From assembly GCA_963720245.1 (NCBI GenBank), contig CAVREU010000004.1, forward strand, positions 404,469-468,468: a stretch of 64,000 nt of DNA. Reading direction: 5' to 3'. The position numbers and the translations under genes are program-made. Shown piece by piece: positions 10,096-19,913 of this stretch. Below the pieces are notes generated by a model that had not been told where the DNA came from, did not search any database, and saw only the letters and a program-made list of their open reading frames with translations. How positions within the stretch are numbered: the first letter of the stretch is position 1; each line of letters starts with the position of its first letter. The stretch comes from an uncultured Acidobacteriaceae bacterium. Its GTDB lineage: Bacteria; Acidobacteriota; Terriglobia; Terriglobales; Acidobacteriaceae.

Positions 10096-11124
10096 CTAAA
10101 CCCGCGCCAATCGGCCTTGGCGCGCCTTCAGGGCTTCGGCGATCTGGCGACCATGGAACCGTCCGTTCTCAATAAAAATCTCGTGGGTACGGTCGCCGGC
10201 AACGATCACCCCGGCCAGATGGATTCCCGGTACATTGCTTTCCAGACTCTGCGAGTCGAAGACCGGCTTGCGGTCGCGCCCTTCAATGCGCACTCCGAGC
10301 GAGGCCAGAAAGTCGAAGTCCGGATGATACCCGGTCATCGCAAAGACAAAATCATTCGGAATGGCAACCTCGCCTCCAGGCGTCGCAAGGGTAACGGTGT
10401 CCAGATCGATCCGGACCACCCTGGAATCGAAATAAGCCGTCACCTCGCCGTTCTTGATCCGGTTCTCAATGTCGGGCAAAATCCAGTACTTCACATGACG
10501 ATGCATCGTCGGGCCGCGATGCACCAGCGTCACCCGCGCGCCGTGACGCCACAGATCCAGCGCCGCAATGGCAGCCGAATTCTTTCCGCCAATCACCAGC
10601 ACGTCGAGATCGAAATAAGGATGCGGATCGGTGTAGTAGTGGTTGACCTTGGGCAGATCTTCACCCGGCGCATTCAGCGGATTCGCGAGGTCGTAATATC
10701 CCGTCGAGACGATCAGCTTTCGCGCGCGAAGCGAGCTCGGGCGCCCGAATTGGTCTTTCAAGTCAACGCGGAAATCGCCATCCTCGCCGGTCACCCCTTC
10801 GACACGCTGATATTGCCGGACCTCCAATTCATAGTGCTCGGCGACCTTGCGGTAATACTCGAGCGCCTCATTCCGGTTCGGCTTCGCGTTCGTCGTTGAG
10901 AACGGAATGTCACCGATCTCGAGCAGCTCCGGCGTGGTGAAGAAGGTCATGTTCGACGGATAGTGAAAGAGCGAGTTGCAGAGGCAGCCCTTATCGACCG
11001 AAACGGTGCGGAAGCCCGCGCGCTTCGCCTCAATCGCGCACGCCAAACCAGTCGGCCCCGCGCCAATTACAAGCACGTCGAAGATCTTTGATTCCGCGCG
11101 GATCGACTCTTCCAGTTCGCTCAT
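10096..11124 (-). CDS. ypdA: YpdA-family FAD-dependent oxidoreductase (putative bacillithiol disulfide reductase-like)
   Basis: GAGPTG, KGCLCNSLFHYP..MTFFTT..LLEIG, GGKNSA, IFIENGRFH motifs typical of YpdA. Confidence 0.85.
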   Translation of the reverse strand: MSELEESIRAESKIFDVLVIGAGPTGLACAIEAKRAGFRTVSVDKGCLCNSLFHYPSNMTFFTTPELLEIGDIPFSTTNAKPNRNEALEYYRKVAEHYELEVRQYQRVEGVTGEDGDFRVDLKDQFGRPSSLRARKLIVSTGYYDLANPLNAPGEDLPKVNHYYTDPHPYFDLDVLVIGGKNSAAIAALDLWRHGARVTLVHRGPTMHRHVKYWILPDIENRIKNGEVTAYFDSRVVRIDLDTVTLATPGGEVAIPNDFVFAMTGYHPDFDFLASLGVRIEGRDRKPVFDSQSLESNVPGIHLAGVIVAGDRTHEIFIENGRFHGRQIAEALKARQGRLARV

Positions 11125-11236
11125 AAGCTTAAGAATAGACGAAGGTCCAGCCAGCTCGTCGAACGGTGCGCGGGCGTACTGTTATCGAATCAGCAACTTC
11201 GTGGCTGTACCGAGCGCCATTATGTAGGATTGCCGC

Positions 11237-12267
11237 ATGTGGAGACTCTCGTCGCTGGTTTTCATGCTGCCCTTCCTCGTCGCCAATGGGTTCGGCCAAG
11301 ATGCGACGATACCTCACGCCGACAAGAATTGGGCCGAGGTCTGCCACGCAGCAAAAGCCCAACCGGAGCCAATCGCGCAGTCTTCCGGGCCTTGGCGACC
11401 GACCGGCTAGCCGATTGCGACGAGAGCGATTTGTATTACGGCTTCGGCAAAGCGTCCGACTATGCCGGAGCGCTCGAGTGTGGCTGGTTTCAGCGTGCCC
11501 ATCCACAAAGCAAGGTGGGCAATATGTTCTACGGACCTGGAGTACTTACGATGCTTTACGCCAACGGAAAAGGCGTGCCACGCAACCTCGATCTTGCGAT
11601 CCGTTTCGCATGCGAAAATTCCTGGGCCTCGGAAGCTGAAATGGCCTATCGAATAGGCCATCTGGAGAGCCTCCGAGATAGTCCGGCACGGGCTGACACC
11701 TTCGACCTCTGCGACGACATCACCAGCGGATTGAGCGACGGCATTTGTACCAGCATCCAGACGCAGAGGGCCGACGGGATTCGAAATGAGAGAATTGCTG
11801 CCGTCGTCAAAACGCTACCGAACACCGCGAAGAGATTGTTTGCTTCACTTCAGGCAGCAGAGAGTGCCTTTGAAGACGCTCGCGTACAAAACGAAGTCGA
11901 TCTTTCAGGAACCAGCCGCGCAGCCTTCCAACTAGAGGAGGAGGCAATATTGCGCGACCAGTTTCTCATCAACCTGCAGAGGTTCGGGCGAGGCGATATC
12001 CCCTCTGCCTCGGCAGCGGACCTCGATGCACTTGATCAAAGGCTCAACGACGTCTATCGGGAGATCGAGAGCTCCCCCGCCAAGAAATGGGAATACGGAA
12101 CCGTCAATCCTGAGGGTATCCAAAAAACCGAACGCGCTTGGGCGGCGCTGGTCAACGCCTGGATCGCCTTCGGGCGCGAGGCATATCCAAATCTCCCGGC
12201 TACGCGAATACGCGCTCAGCTGATCCGGTTGAGGCTACATCAGTTGCGATCTCTCGCGCGAAGCTAA
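11237..12267 (+). CDS. Secreted Sel1-like repeat / LprI (DUF1311)-like protein, 1-base deletion near 11390
   Basis: ATG 11237 gives a signal peptide (MWRLSSLVFMLPFLVANGFGQ) that stops near 11410; the -1 frame continues with Sel1-like MLYANGKGVPRNLDLA and LprI-like LDQRLNDVY..ERAW. Confidence 0.7.
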
Positions 12268-12377
12268 GGGAATCCACAATGCTTTCCCTTGGCGTTTTCT
12301 GCTTGATTTGACGAGGTTGCCGAAAACCTTCGTGCCCGAGCTTGCGACTGCCCCACCCCGATATACTGAAGTCAGTC

Positions 12378-13892
12378 ATGACCGTGATCCGACAGGAAGA
12401 CTTCATCCAGAGTGTGGCCGACGCGCTGCAATACATCTCCTACTACCACCCGGTCGACTACATCACCAATCTGGCCAAGGCCTACGAGCGCGAACAATCC
12501 CACGCAGCCAAAGACGCGATCGCGCAAATCCTGATCAACTCCCGCATGTGCGCCGAAGGGCATCGCCCCATCTGCCAGGACACCGGCATCGTAAATATCT
12601 TCCTGAAGATCGGCATGGACGTCCGCTGGGAGGACGCAACCATGACCGTCGAAGATATGGCCAACGCCGGAGTGCGCCGCGCCTATCTCGACCCCGACAA
12701 CAAGCTCCGCGCCTCGATCCTCGCTGACCCCGCCGGCAAGCGAAAGAACACCGGCGACAACACACCGTCAGTCGTCTCGATTTCGCTCGTTCAGGGCGGA
12801 GAGGTCTCCGTCGACGTCGCAGCCAAAGGCGGAGGATCCGAGGCCAAATCCAAGTTTGTCATGCTGAACCCATCTGACTCGGTTGTCGACTGGGTGCTCA
12901 AGACCGTCCCCACCATGGGCGCCGGATGGTGCCCTCCAGGAATGCTCGGCATCGGCATCGGCGGAACGTCAGAGAAAGCCATGCTCATGGCCAAAGAAGT
13001 CCTCATGGATCCAATCGACATGAGCGACTTGATCGCGCGTGGCCCCTCAGATTTCTACGAAGAGATGCGCATCGAGCTCTTTCACAAGATCAACGCGCTC
13101 GGCATCGGCGCCCAGGGCCTCGGCGGGCTCACCACCGTCCTCGACGTAAAGATCCGCCAGTTCCCCACCCACGCCGCCAATTTACCGGTCGCCCTGATCC
13201 CCAACTGCGCCGCAACCCGCCACGCCCATTTCGTGCTCGATGGCTCCGGCCCAGTGGCGCTCGATCCGCCCTCGCTCACCGATTGGCCAAAGCTCGTCTA
13301 CGACGTCTCCAAAGCCCGCCACGTGAACCTCGACACCATCACCCGCGAAGAAGTGGCAACGTGGAAACCCGGCGAAGTGCTGCTCCTCAACGGCAAACTC
13401 CTCACCGGGCGCGACGCCGCCCACAAGCGCATGACCGACATGCTCAAGCGTGGAGAAAAGCTTCCCGTCGATTTCACCAATCGCTTCATCTATTACGTCG
13501 GCCCGGTCGACCCGGTTCGCGAAGAAGTCGTCGGCCCCGCCGGCCCCACTACCGCAACACGCATGGACGGTTTCACCCGCCAGATGCTCGAAGAAACCGG
13601 CCTGCTCGGCATGATCGGCAAGGCCGAACGCGGCCCCACCGCGATCGAAGCCATCCGCGACAACCATGCTGTGTATCTCATGGCCGTTGGCGGCGCAGCC
13701 TATCTCGTCTCCAAGGCAATCAAAAGCTCCCGCCTCGTCGCCTTTGAAGACCTGGGCATGGAAGCGATCTACGAGTTCGAGGTCAAGGACATGCCCGTCA
13801 CCGTAGGCGTCGACTCTAAAGGAACCTCAGTTCACATCACCGGCCCCCGAGAGTGGCAATCCCGAATCGCCGGAATCCCGATCCTCACCTGA
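12378..13892 (+). CDS. fumA: Class I (Fe-S) fumarate hydratase
   Basis: RPICQDTG, KGGGSE, WCPPG, CAATRH, GRDAAHKR, GPTTATRMD motifs; MTVIRQEDF start. Confidence 0.96.
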   Translation: MTVIRQEDFIQSVADALQYISYYHPVDYITNLAKAYEREQSHAAKDAIAQILINSRMCAEGHRPICQDTGIVNIFLKIGMDVRWEDATMTVEDMANAGVRRAYLDPDNKLRASILADPAGKRKNTGDNTPSVVSISLVQGGEVSVDVAAKGGGSEAKSKFVMLNPSDSVVDWVLKTVPTMGAGWCPPGMLGIGIGGTSEKAMLMAKEVLMDPIDMSDLIARGPSDFYEEMRIELFHKINALGIGAQGLGGLTTVLDVKIRQFPTHAANLPVALIPNCAATRHAHFVLDGSGPVALDPPSLTDWPKLVYDVSKARHVNLDTITREEVATWKPGEVLLLNGKLLTGRDAAHKRMTDMLKRGEKLPVDFTNRFIYYVGPVDPVREEVVGPAGPTTATRMDGFTRQMLEETGLLGMIGKAERGPTAIEAIRDNHAVYLMAVGGAAYLVSKAIKSSRLVAFEDLGMEAIYEFEVKDMPVTVGVDSKGTSVHITGPREWQSRIAGIPILT

Positions 13893-14120
13893 GCGCAGTT
13901 CCTGGTTTCTTTCCGAGCGTCGCTTCGGCTTCATTTGACCGCTCCGGCCAACGACGCCGGATTTGCTATCGCCCGATTTTTCCCTAAGCCTCAAAAGGTA
14001 GTGTCGTAATTTAGGACGCTGCCCGACTTAAGTTTCCCTTGACACTCCACTCCACTAAAATTCATGATTTGTTAACAGCTATTTAATATGCTCGCCTTGG
14101 CCGGCCGCGAGGAATCTCCC

Positions 14121-17100
14121 ATGAAAAATCCTGCACACCACTTCGTTAGTCGTTTCTTGTTGTCGGTTTTCTTTCTGCTTGGTCCTGCGGCAAGTGCTTG
14201 GGCCCAGTCCTTGACTGTGCCGGCGACGGTGACGATTCACCCCGGCGACCAGAATGTGCCTGTACCCGTATCCCTGGGGAACAGCACGTATGTCGGTCCG
14301 ATCCCAATTACCATCACCGGTCTGCCTTCGGGAATCACCGTCTCGCCTCTGACGCTAACGGCCAATACCTCAGGAACTCTCTATCTCAGCGCCACAGTCT
14401 CCGCCGGCCAGGAGTTGTACAACCCAAATAATATTCAGGTGTACGGGGTGGAGTACGCGACCCCAAGGGTCGTGGCGGTTACCGGCCTGGGCCAAACAAG
14501 TGCCGCGTTTACCTTGGCGGTCTCAGTGACGAATCCTTCGTTTACGCCAGCGCCCTCGGCGATCAACCTGCCCGTGGTAAACATCAACACCAATGGCGTC
14601 GCCATTGTCGACAAGACGACGGATGTCCCAGGGACTATTACCATCACCTCCGCGAACGGGCAGACCTCTTACCTTCCTAATTCCAGCGACACCGACGACA
14701 CAGCTACCTTCCATTTGCATGGCAACACGACGATCATCATGCCCAAGAAGCCCTATCACATCAAATTGAACACCAGTCTGGACTTGCTGACCGCCATGGG
14801 CCTCCACTGTCCTTATGTGACGAGTAAGGGTGCGGCGGTTTGCGACAAGAGCAAGAGCTATGTCCTGCTCGCAAATTACGACGACAAGACTTTCCTGCGC
14901 GACTGGTCTGCATCGGCCCTGGCAAATGCTATTCCGATTGGAGGCTCCTACCTCAACTCCCCGGCGGATTCGCCTACCCCGAGCGGTACCTCCACATTGA
15001 TGCCCTGGGCGGCACACTCCTTGTTCGTGGAGCTCTATCTGAACGGCGCTTACCAGGGAAATTACCAGTTGATCGAGGAAGTGAAGGTCGATTCCCACAG
15101 GGTCAACATCAACGAGCTTCTGGAAACTGACGCCACCGATGACATTACCGGCGGCTATCTCGTGGAGATCGACGCGCGCCAGGATGAAGACTATGTTTGG
15201 GTCACACCTCAGGGTGTGCCGTTGGGATTAATCGACCCCGACTATACGCCGGAAGTCCCGGAACAGACCTCGTATATCAACAATTACACCGTCACTGCCG
15301 AAAACACCCTCTTTTCCCCCACCTTTACCGATCCGACCACGGGTTGGAGATCGTATTTCGACGACGCATCTGCAGTCAACTTCTACATCGTCAACGAATT
15401 GATGGGGAACGTGGACGGCGGAGACATGTTCAGCAGCGACTATTTTTACAAGAGCCAGGACAACCCGCTTCTATATATGGGACCAATCTGGGATTTCGAC
15501 GTTAGTTCGGGCAACGTGAACTATCAAAGCATCACCAGCCCGGCGGTTCCCTGGATGGCGCAACGTGCCATCTGGTATCGGCAGTGGTTCAAAGATCCGA
15601 GCTTCCAGGCGGATGTCACCTTCCAATGGAACGCCTTGAAGAACAATGGTGTGCTCGCGAACTGGCTCGCCTCCATTCCCACCGAGGCCGCAACCCTCGA
15701 GCAGTCGCAAGCGAATAACTTCGGCCGCTGGCCAATGCAGGGTCTTGAAATCTGGCCAAATCCCGAAGCGTTCGGTACCTACAACGCGGAAGTCAGTTAC
15801 CTGACCAACTGGCTCACCGTGCGCATGGGTTACCTGGATTCCACTTTCAATACCAAAACTTCAACATCGACGGCAATCACCGTGCCAGGCGGACCTTTCC
15901 GCACGGGCACGCCGGTCATTCTGCGGGCAACGGTTACGGGAGGAAACAGCCCAACGGGCAGCGTCGCTTTCCTGTCCAATGGCGTGGTTTTGGGCCTGAG
16001 TCCCTCGAGTGGAGGCACTGCGAGCTTCACAGCGAGCAGCTTGCCGGCCGGGACAGATGCCTTGCAAGCGGTCTACGTGGGCGACAATAACAACGCGCTC
16101 TCCACTTCGACCGCCAATTCGGTGACCGTTTCGCCGTCTCTGCTAACTGCTGCGACGACACTGGCCACTTCCTTAACAACGGTTGCTCCGGGCACCCCGT
16201 TCACGTTGTCTACAGTCGTGGTTCCGAACTCGGGCACCTCTACACCCACGGGCATGGTCAGTTTTGCCGCGAATGGCGTCACTCTCGCATCAGTCCCAGT
16301 AGGCAGCGGCGGCACCGCGACCTACTCGCCTTCCTCGCTTTCCAGCGGGAGTTATGCCATTCAGGCCACCTACAGCGGAGACGGAAACTTCCACTCTTCC
16401 ACTTCCAATGTTGTCTCGGTCGCGGTCACACCGGTCGGAACGCTGGCCTTTAGCCTGCCCCCTGGAAGCTACGTAGGCCCGCAGAGCGTCTTCATTTACG
16501 GCGCCTCCGCTGGTGCGTCAATTTACTACACCTTGAACAACACGACCCCGACGGCAGGGTCTACGAAATACACCGGCAGTCCGGTTGCGATAACTTCGAG
16601 CGAAACTCTCACCGCAATCGCAATTCAAACCGGTTTCCCATCGTCGGCGACGACGGCGGCAGCCTACACAATCACTGCGCCGGTTGTGCCGGTCAATTTC
16701 AGCGGAGGCTTCGGAGAGTCCGCGGGCTCCATCCAGCTCAACGGCACCGCTGCCCTTGCCGGGTCGGCGCTCCAGTTGACCAACACCGTGCCCAACGCAG
16801 CCGGCAGTGCGTTCTTCACGACCCCGGTCAACGTTCAGGCTTTCACCACCGATTTCACCTTCCTGCTTACGAATCCCGGAGCCGATGGCTTTACCTTCAC
16901 GCTGCAGGATAATTCGCCCACGGCGATCGGCGGTGCGGGATCCGGTCTTGGCTTTGTCACGATTCAAAACAGCGTGGGAATCAAGTTCGACCTCTACAAC
17001 AACGCGGGAGAGGGCTCGGACTCAACCGGCCTGTATACCCTGGGGAATACGCCGACCGTTCCGTCCATCGACCTTACAAACACCGGGATCAATCTCCATA

Positions 17101-17954
17101 GTGGCGACGCCATGGCGGTTCATATGACCTATGACGGGACCATCCTGAATCTCACCATCACCGACCAGGTAACCCACGCTTCCTGGTCGAATGCATTCGT
17201 GATTAACATCCCCGGCAAGGTCCATGCCTCGACTGCATACGTCGGCTTCACCGCTTCCACCGGTGGCTTAACGGCAGACCAGGAGATTACCTCCTGGACT
17301 TATGTTGCCGGGCCGCCGGCGGTTCCAAACTATCCGGCGGGCATCTATCCTACGGGATTGGTGCTGAATGGCTCCGCTGCGCTCTCCGGAACCACATTGC
17401 AGTTGACCAACGGCGGCTCGAACCAGGCGGGAAGCGTCTTCTATAACAACCCTGTGAATGTTCAGGCCTTCACCAACAACTTTACCTTCCAGATATTGAA
17501 TCCGGTCGCCGACGGCTTTACCTTTATACTCCAGAATTCCGGGCCGAATGCTCTTGGTGGCCCGGAAGCGGGTCTGGGATATGTGACTATCCAGACGAGC
17601 CTCGCAATCAAATTCGATCTTTACAACAATGCAGGAGAAGGACCCGACTCAACCGGCCTGTTTAAGAATGGAAACACGCCGACCGTCCCGGCAGTCGACA
17701 TGTCCGGTTCGGGCATCAATCTGCATAGCGGCGATTTCATCAATGCCAATATGACGTATGACGGCACGACGCTAACGATGACCCTGACCGACTTACAAAC
17801 GTCGGCCATCTTTACCCATGCTTGGACCATCAATATTCCTACCACGATCCACGCCAATAATGCCTTTGTTGGCTTTACTGGCGGCACTGGCTTCGGATCT
17901 TCGACGCAAACTATCACAAACTGGGTCTACACCCCAGTTACGCCCACCATCTAG
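14121..17954 (+). CDS. Secreted CotH-family kinase with Ig-like (Big_3) repeats, a chitobiase/Fn3-type module and two legume-lectin-like domains
   Basis: GNTT..PKKPYHIKL, LLANYDDKTFLRD, VELYLNGAYQGNY, GPIWDFD; two F.Y.GD Ig repeats; duplicated ADGFTF..IKFDLYNN..AYVGFT lectin domain; signal peptide. Confidence 0.85.
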   Translation: MKNPAHHFVSRFLLSVFFLLGPAASAWAQSLTVPATVTIHPGDQNVPVPVSLGNSTYVGPIPITITGLPSGITVSPLTLTANTSGTLYLSATVSAGQELYNPNNIQVYGVEYATPRVVAVTGLGQTSAAFTLAVSVTNPSFTPAPSAINLPVVNINTNGVAIVDKTTDVPGTITITSANGQTSYLPNSSDTDDTATFHLHGNTTIIMPKKPYHIKLNTSLDLLTAMGLHCPYVTSKGAAVCDKSKSYVLLANYDDKTFLRDWSASALANAIPIGGSYLNSPADSPTPSGTSTLMPWAAHSLFVELYLNGAYQGNYQLIEEVKVDSHRVNINELLETDATDDITGGYLVEIDARQDEDYVWVTPQGVPLGLIDPDYTPEVPEQTSYINNYTVTAENTLFSPTFTDPTTGWRSYFDDASAVNFYIVNELMGNVDGGDMFSSDYFYKSQDNPLLYMGPIWDFDVSSGNVNYQSITSPAVPWMAQRAIWYRQWFKDPSFQADVTFQWNALKNNGVLANWLASIPTEAATLEQSQANNFGRWPMQGLEIWPNPEAFGTYNAEVSYLTNWLTVRMGYLDSTFNTKTSTSTAITVPGGPFRTGTPVILRATVTGGNSPTGSVAFLSNGVVLGLSPSSGGTASFTASSLPAGTDALQAVYVGDNNNALSTSTANSVTVSPSLLTAATTLATSLTTVAPGTPFTLSTVVVPNSGTSTPTGMVSFAANGVTLASVPVGSGGTATYSPSSLSSGSYAIQATYSGDGNFHSSTSNVVSVAVTPVGTLAFSLPPGSYVGPQSVFIYGASAGASIYYTLNNTTPTAGSTKYTGSPVAITSSETLTAIAIQTGFPSSATTAAAYTITAPVVPVNFSGGFGESAGSIQLNGTAALAGSALQLTNTVPNAAGSAFFTTPVNVQAFTTDFTFLLTNPGADGFTFTLQDNSPTAIGGAGSGLGFVTIQNSVGIKFDLYNNAGEGSDSTGLYTLGNTPTVPSIDLTNTGINLHSGDAMAVHMTYDGTILNLTITDQVTHASWSNAFVINIPGKVHASTAYVGFTASTGGLTADQEITSWTYVAGPPAVPNYPAGIYPTGLVLNGSAALSGTTLQLTNGGSNQAGSVFYNNPVNVQAFTNNFTFQILNPVADGFTFILQNSGPNALGGPEAGLGYVTIQTSLAIKFDLYNNAGEGPDSTGLFKNGNTPTVPAVDMSGSGINLHSGDFINANMTYDGTTLTMTLTDLQTSAIFTHAWTINIPTTIHANNAFVGFTGGTGFGSSTQTITNWVYTPVTPTI

Positions 17955-17970
17955 TCCGTTGCAAACCGCG

Positions 17971-18004
17971 AAGGCGATCAGAGCTACGGCCTGATCGCCT
18001 TTTC
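17971..18004 (+). terminator. Rho-independent terminator
   Basis: AAGGCGATCAG / CTGATCGCCTT stem followed by T-tract, 17 nt after the stop codon. Confidence 0.7.
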
Positions 18005-18337
18005 GATTTCAAAGAGACGCATCCGCCGCTATCGACACCGGAGTAATCTCCGTCCGGATTGCCGGCCTCAAGAGGTGGCAATCCCGAATCGACGGATTTC
18101 CGGTTCTCCTCTGAGACGCCGATTTGGCGCTTCTTTCGCTCGGCGCCATAAATAATTTTCTCCGCGAGGCTATTTACCGATCCCACAATGGTCAAAATGC
18201 TTGTTTATCGGGACGACATGGCCTTATTTTTGAGGCTTGACTCGCCCAAAATGCGGTAAACTCATCCGCGTCGGCATGTACGCTGCCCACTTGTCCCCAG
18301 AAACAAATCAAAGCATTTCTAATTGAGGACCACCTCA

Positions 18338-19900
18338 ATGGGTTTAGAGATCGGTCAACGGGTTGGCGAATACGAGATCCTTGCGCTGCTCGGCGCGGGC
18401 GGAATGGGCCAGGTCTATAGCGCCCGCAACGTCATCTCCGGCCGCGTTGAGGCGATGAAGGTCCTGCTCCCCGATATCAATGCTGAAGCCGAGGTCGCGA
18501 CCCGCTTCACCGTCGAGATTCGTACCCTGGCAGCTTTCGATCATCCCAACATCGCGCAACTCCGCACCGCTTTCGAATACGAGAAACAGCTGGTCATGGT
18601 GATGGAATTCGTCGAGGGGACGACGCTGGAGAAGCTCCCCGGCGCGCGCCCCATGCTCGTCAGCGACGCGATCAATTACTCGACCCAGGTGCTGTCCGCG
18701 CTGACCTACGCGCACAGCAAAGGAGTCACCCACCGCGACATCAAGCCGGCCAACATCATGATCACCTCGCATGGGCTGGTGAAGCTCATGGATTTTGGCA
18801 TCGCCAAGACTAATACCGATCATCAGCTCACCCGCCCCGGCACTACCGTGGGCTCTCTCTATTACATGTCGCCCGAGCAGGTGCGCGGAGATACCGTCGA
18901 TGCGCGTTCCGACATTTATTCTTTCGGAGTCACGCTCTACCAGATGCTCACTGGCCGCCGCCCTTTTCATGGGGAAAGCGCTTATAGCGTGCTCACCGCC
19001 CAGTTGAACGAGGCGCCCGTGCCGCCGGCGCAGCTGAACCCAACTCTTCCGGCCGGCCTCGATGAAGTCGTATTGCGCGCCATGGCCAAAGCGCCGGAAC
19101 AGCGATTCCAGTCGGCGGAAGAGTTCCGCCAGGCGCTGCTCAAAGCGCAGCAGGGAGCGGATTCCACCGCTTCGATGTCAATTCCAGCCGTCGCGGCTTT
19201 ACCGCCCGTACAGCCACTGCCTGTGCCCCCAATGCCCCCTCCGCTTCCGGCCTATGCGCCCGAGAAGAGTCGGCGCGGCCTTTGGTTAGCCCTTGGCGCA
19301 GCGGCCGCGATCGTGGCAATTATCGCCGCCGCCACACTTCTGCCTCACTTCTTTGCGACCCAGGCCAGTCAGAAATCCGCCGCGCCTGTAACGGAAGCGC
19401 CCGTGGCGTCACCATCTCCCGGAGGCAGAACGGCAGGTGCAACTTCAAGCCCCCCGGCGGAGAGCCCTGCCCCTCCTCCACCAGAGTCACCCGTCGCGAA
19501 AACGGAGGCAGCGCCAACTCCCGTGAGCCCATCGCCGCAAACGCCGGCGCCCGTCGCCCGTCCGGCATATACCCCGGATGCGGGTAAACCAGCTCCGGCG
19601 ACGCCGGATGCTCCACCACCGGGCCCATCGAAGCAGGAGATCGCCCAGGCCCGCGAGCGCATGATCCAGCTCGACTCAAATGCCGAAGCCGCCAGATCGA
19701 GCATCGAGCAACTGCGCAGTCAGCAGCAGGCGCAGGGGTTCGGATTGCGCGGAGACATAGCAAGTTCTTTGAACCGAATGAACGCCTACATCAGCGAGGC
19801 GAACCGCTCTCTCAACGAAGGCGATATAGAAAGCGCGAACGCCAATATGGATCGCGCCGAAAAAGAGTTGTCCACACTGGAAAAATTTCTAGGTCGATAG
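18338..19900 (+). CDS. Hanks-type Ser/Thr protein kinase with TM segment, Pro-rich linker and helical extracytoplasmic domain
   Basis: LGAGGMGQV, AMK, HRDIKPAN, DFGIAK, YMSPEQ, DIYSFG all intact. Confidence 0.95.
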   Translation: MGLEIGQRVGEYEILALLGAGGMGQVYSARNVISGRVEAMKVLLPDINAEAEVATRFTVEIRTLAAFDHPNIAQLRTAFEYEKQLVMVMEFVEGTTLEKLPGARPMLVSDAINYSTQVLSALTYAHSKGVTHRDIKPANIMITSHGLVKLMDFGIAKTNTDHQLTRPGTTVGSLYYMSPEQVRGDTVDARSDIYSFGVTLYQMLTGRRPFHGESAYSVLTAQLNEAPVPPAQLNPTLPAGLDEVVLRAMAKAPEQRFQSAEEFRQALLKAQQGADSTASMSIPAVAALPPVQPLPVPPMPPPLPAYAPEKSRRGLWLALGAAAAIVAIIAAATLLPHFFATQASQKSAAPVTEAPVASPSPGGRTAGATSSPPAESPAPPPPESPVAKTEAAPTPVSPSPQTPAPVARPAYTPDAGKPAPATPDAPPPGPSKQEIAQARERMIQLDSNAEAARSSIEQLRSQQQAQGFGLRGDIASSLNRMNAYISEANRSLNEGDIESANANMDRAEKELSTLEKFLGR

Positions 19901-19913
19901 GAGAAGGTCTGTA

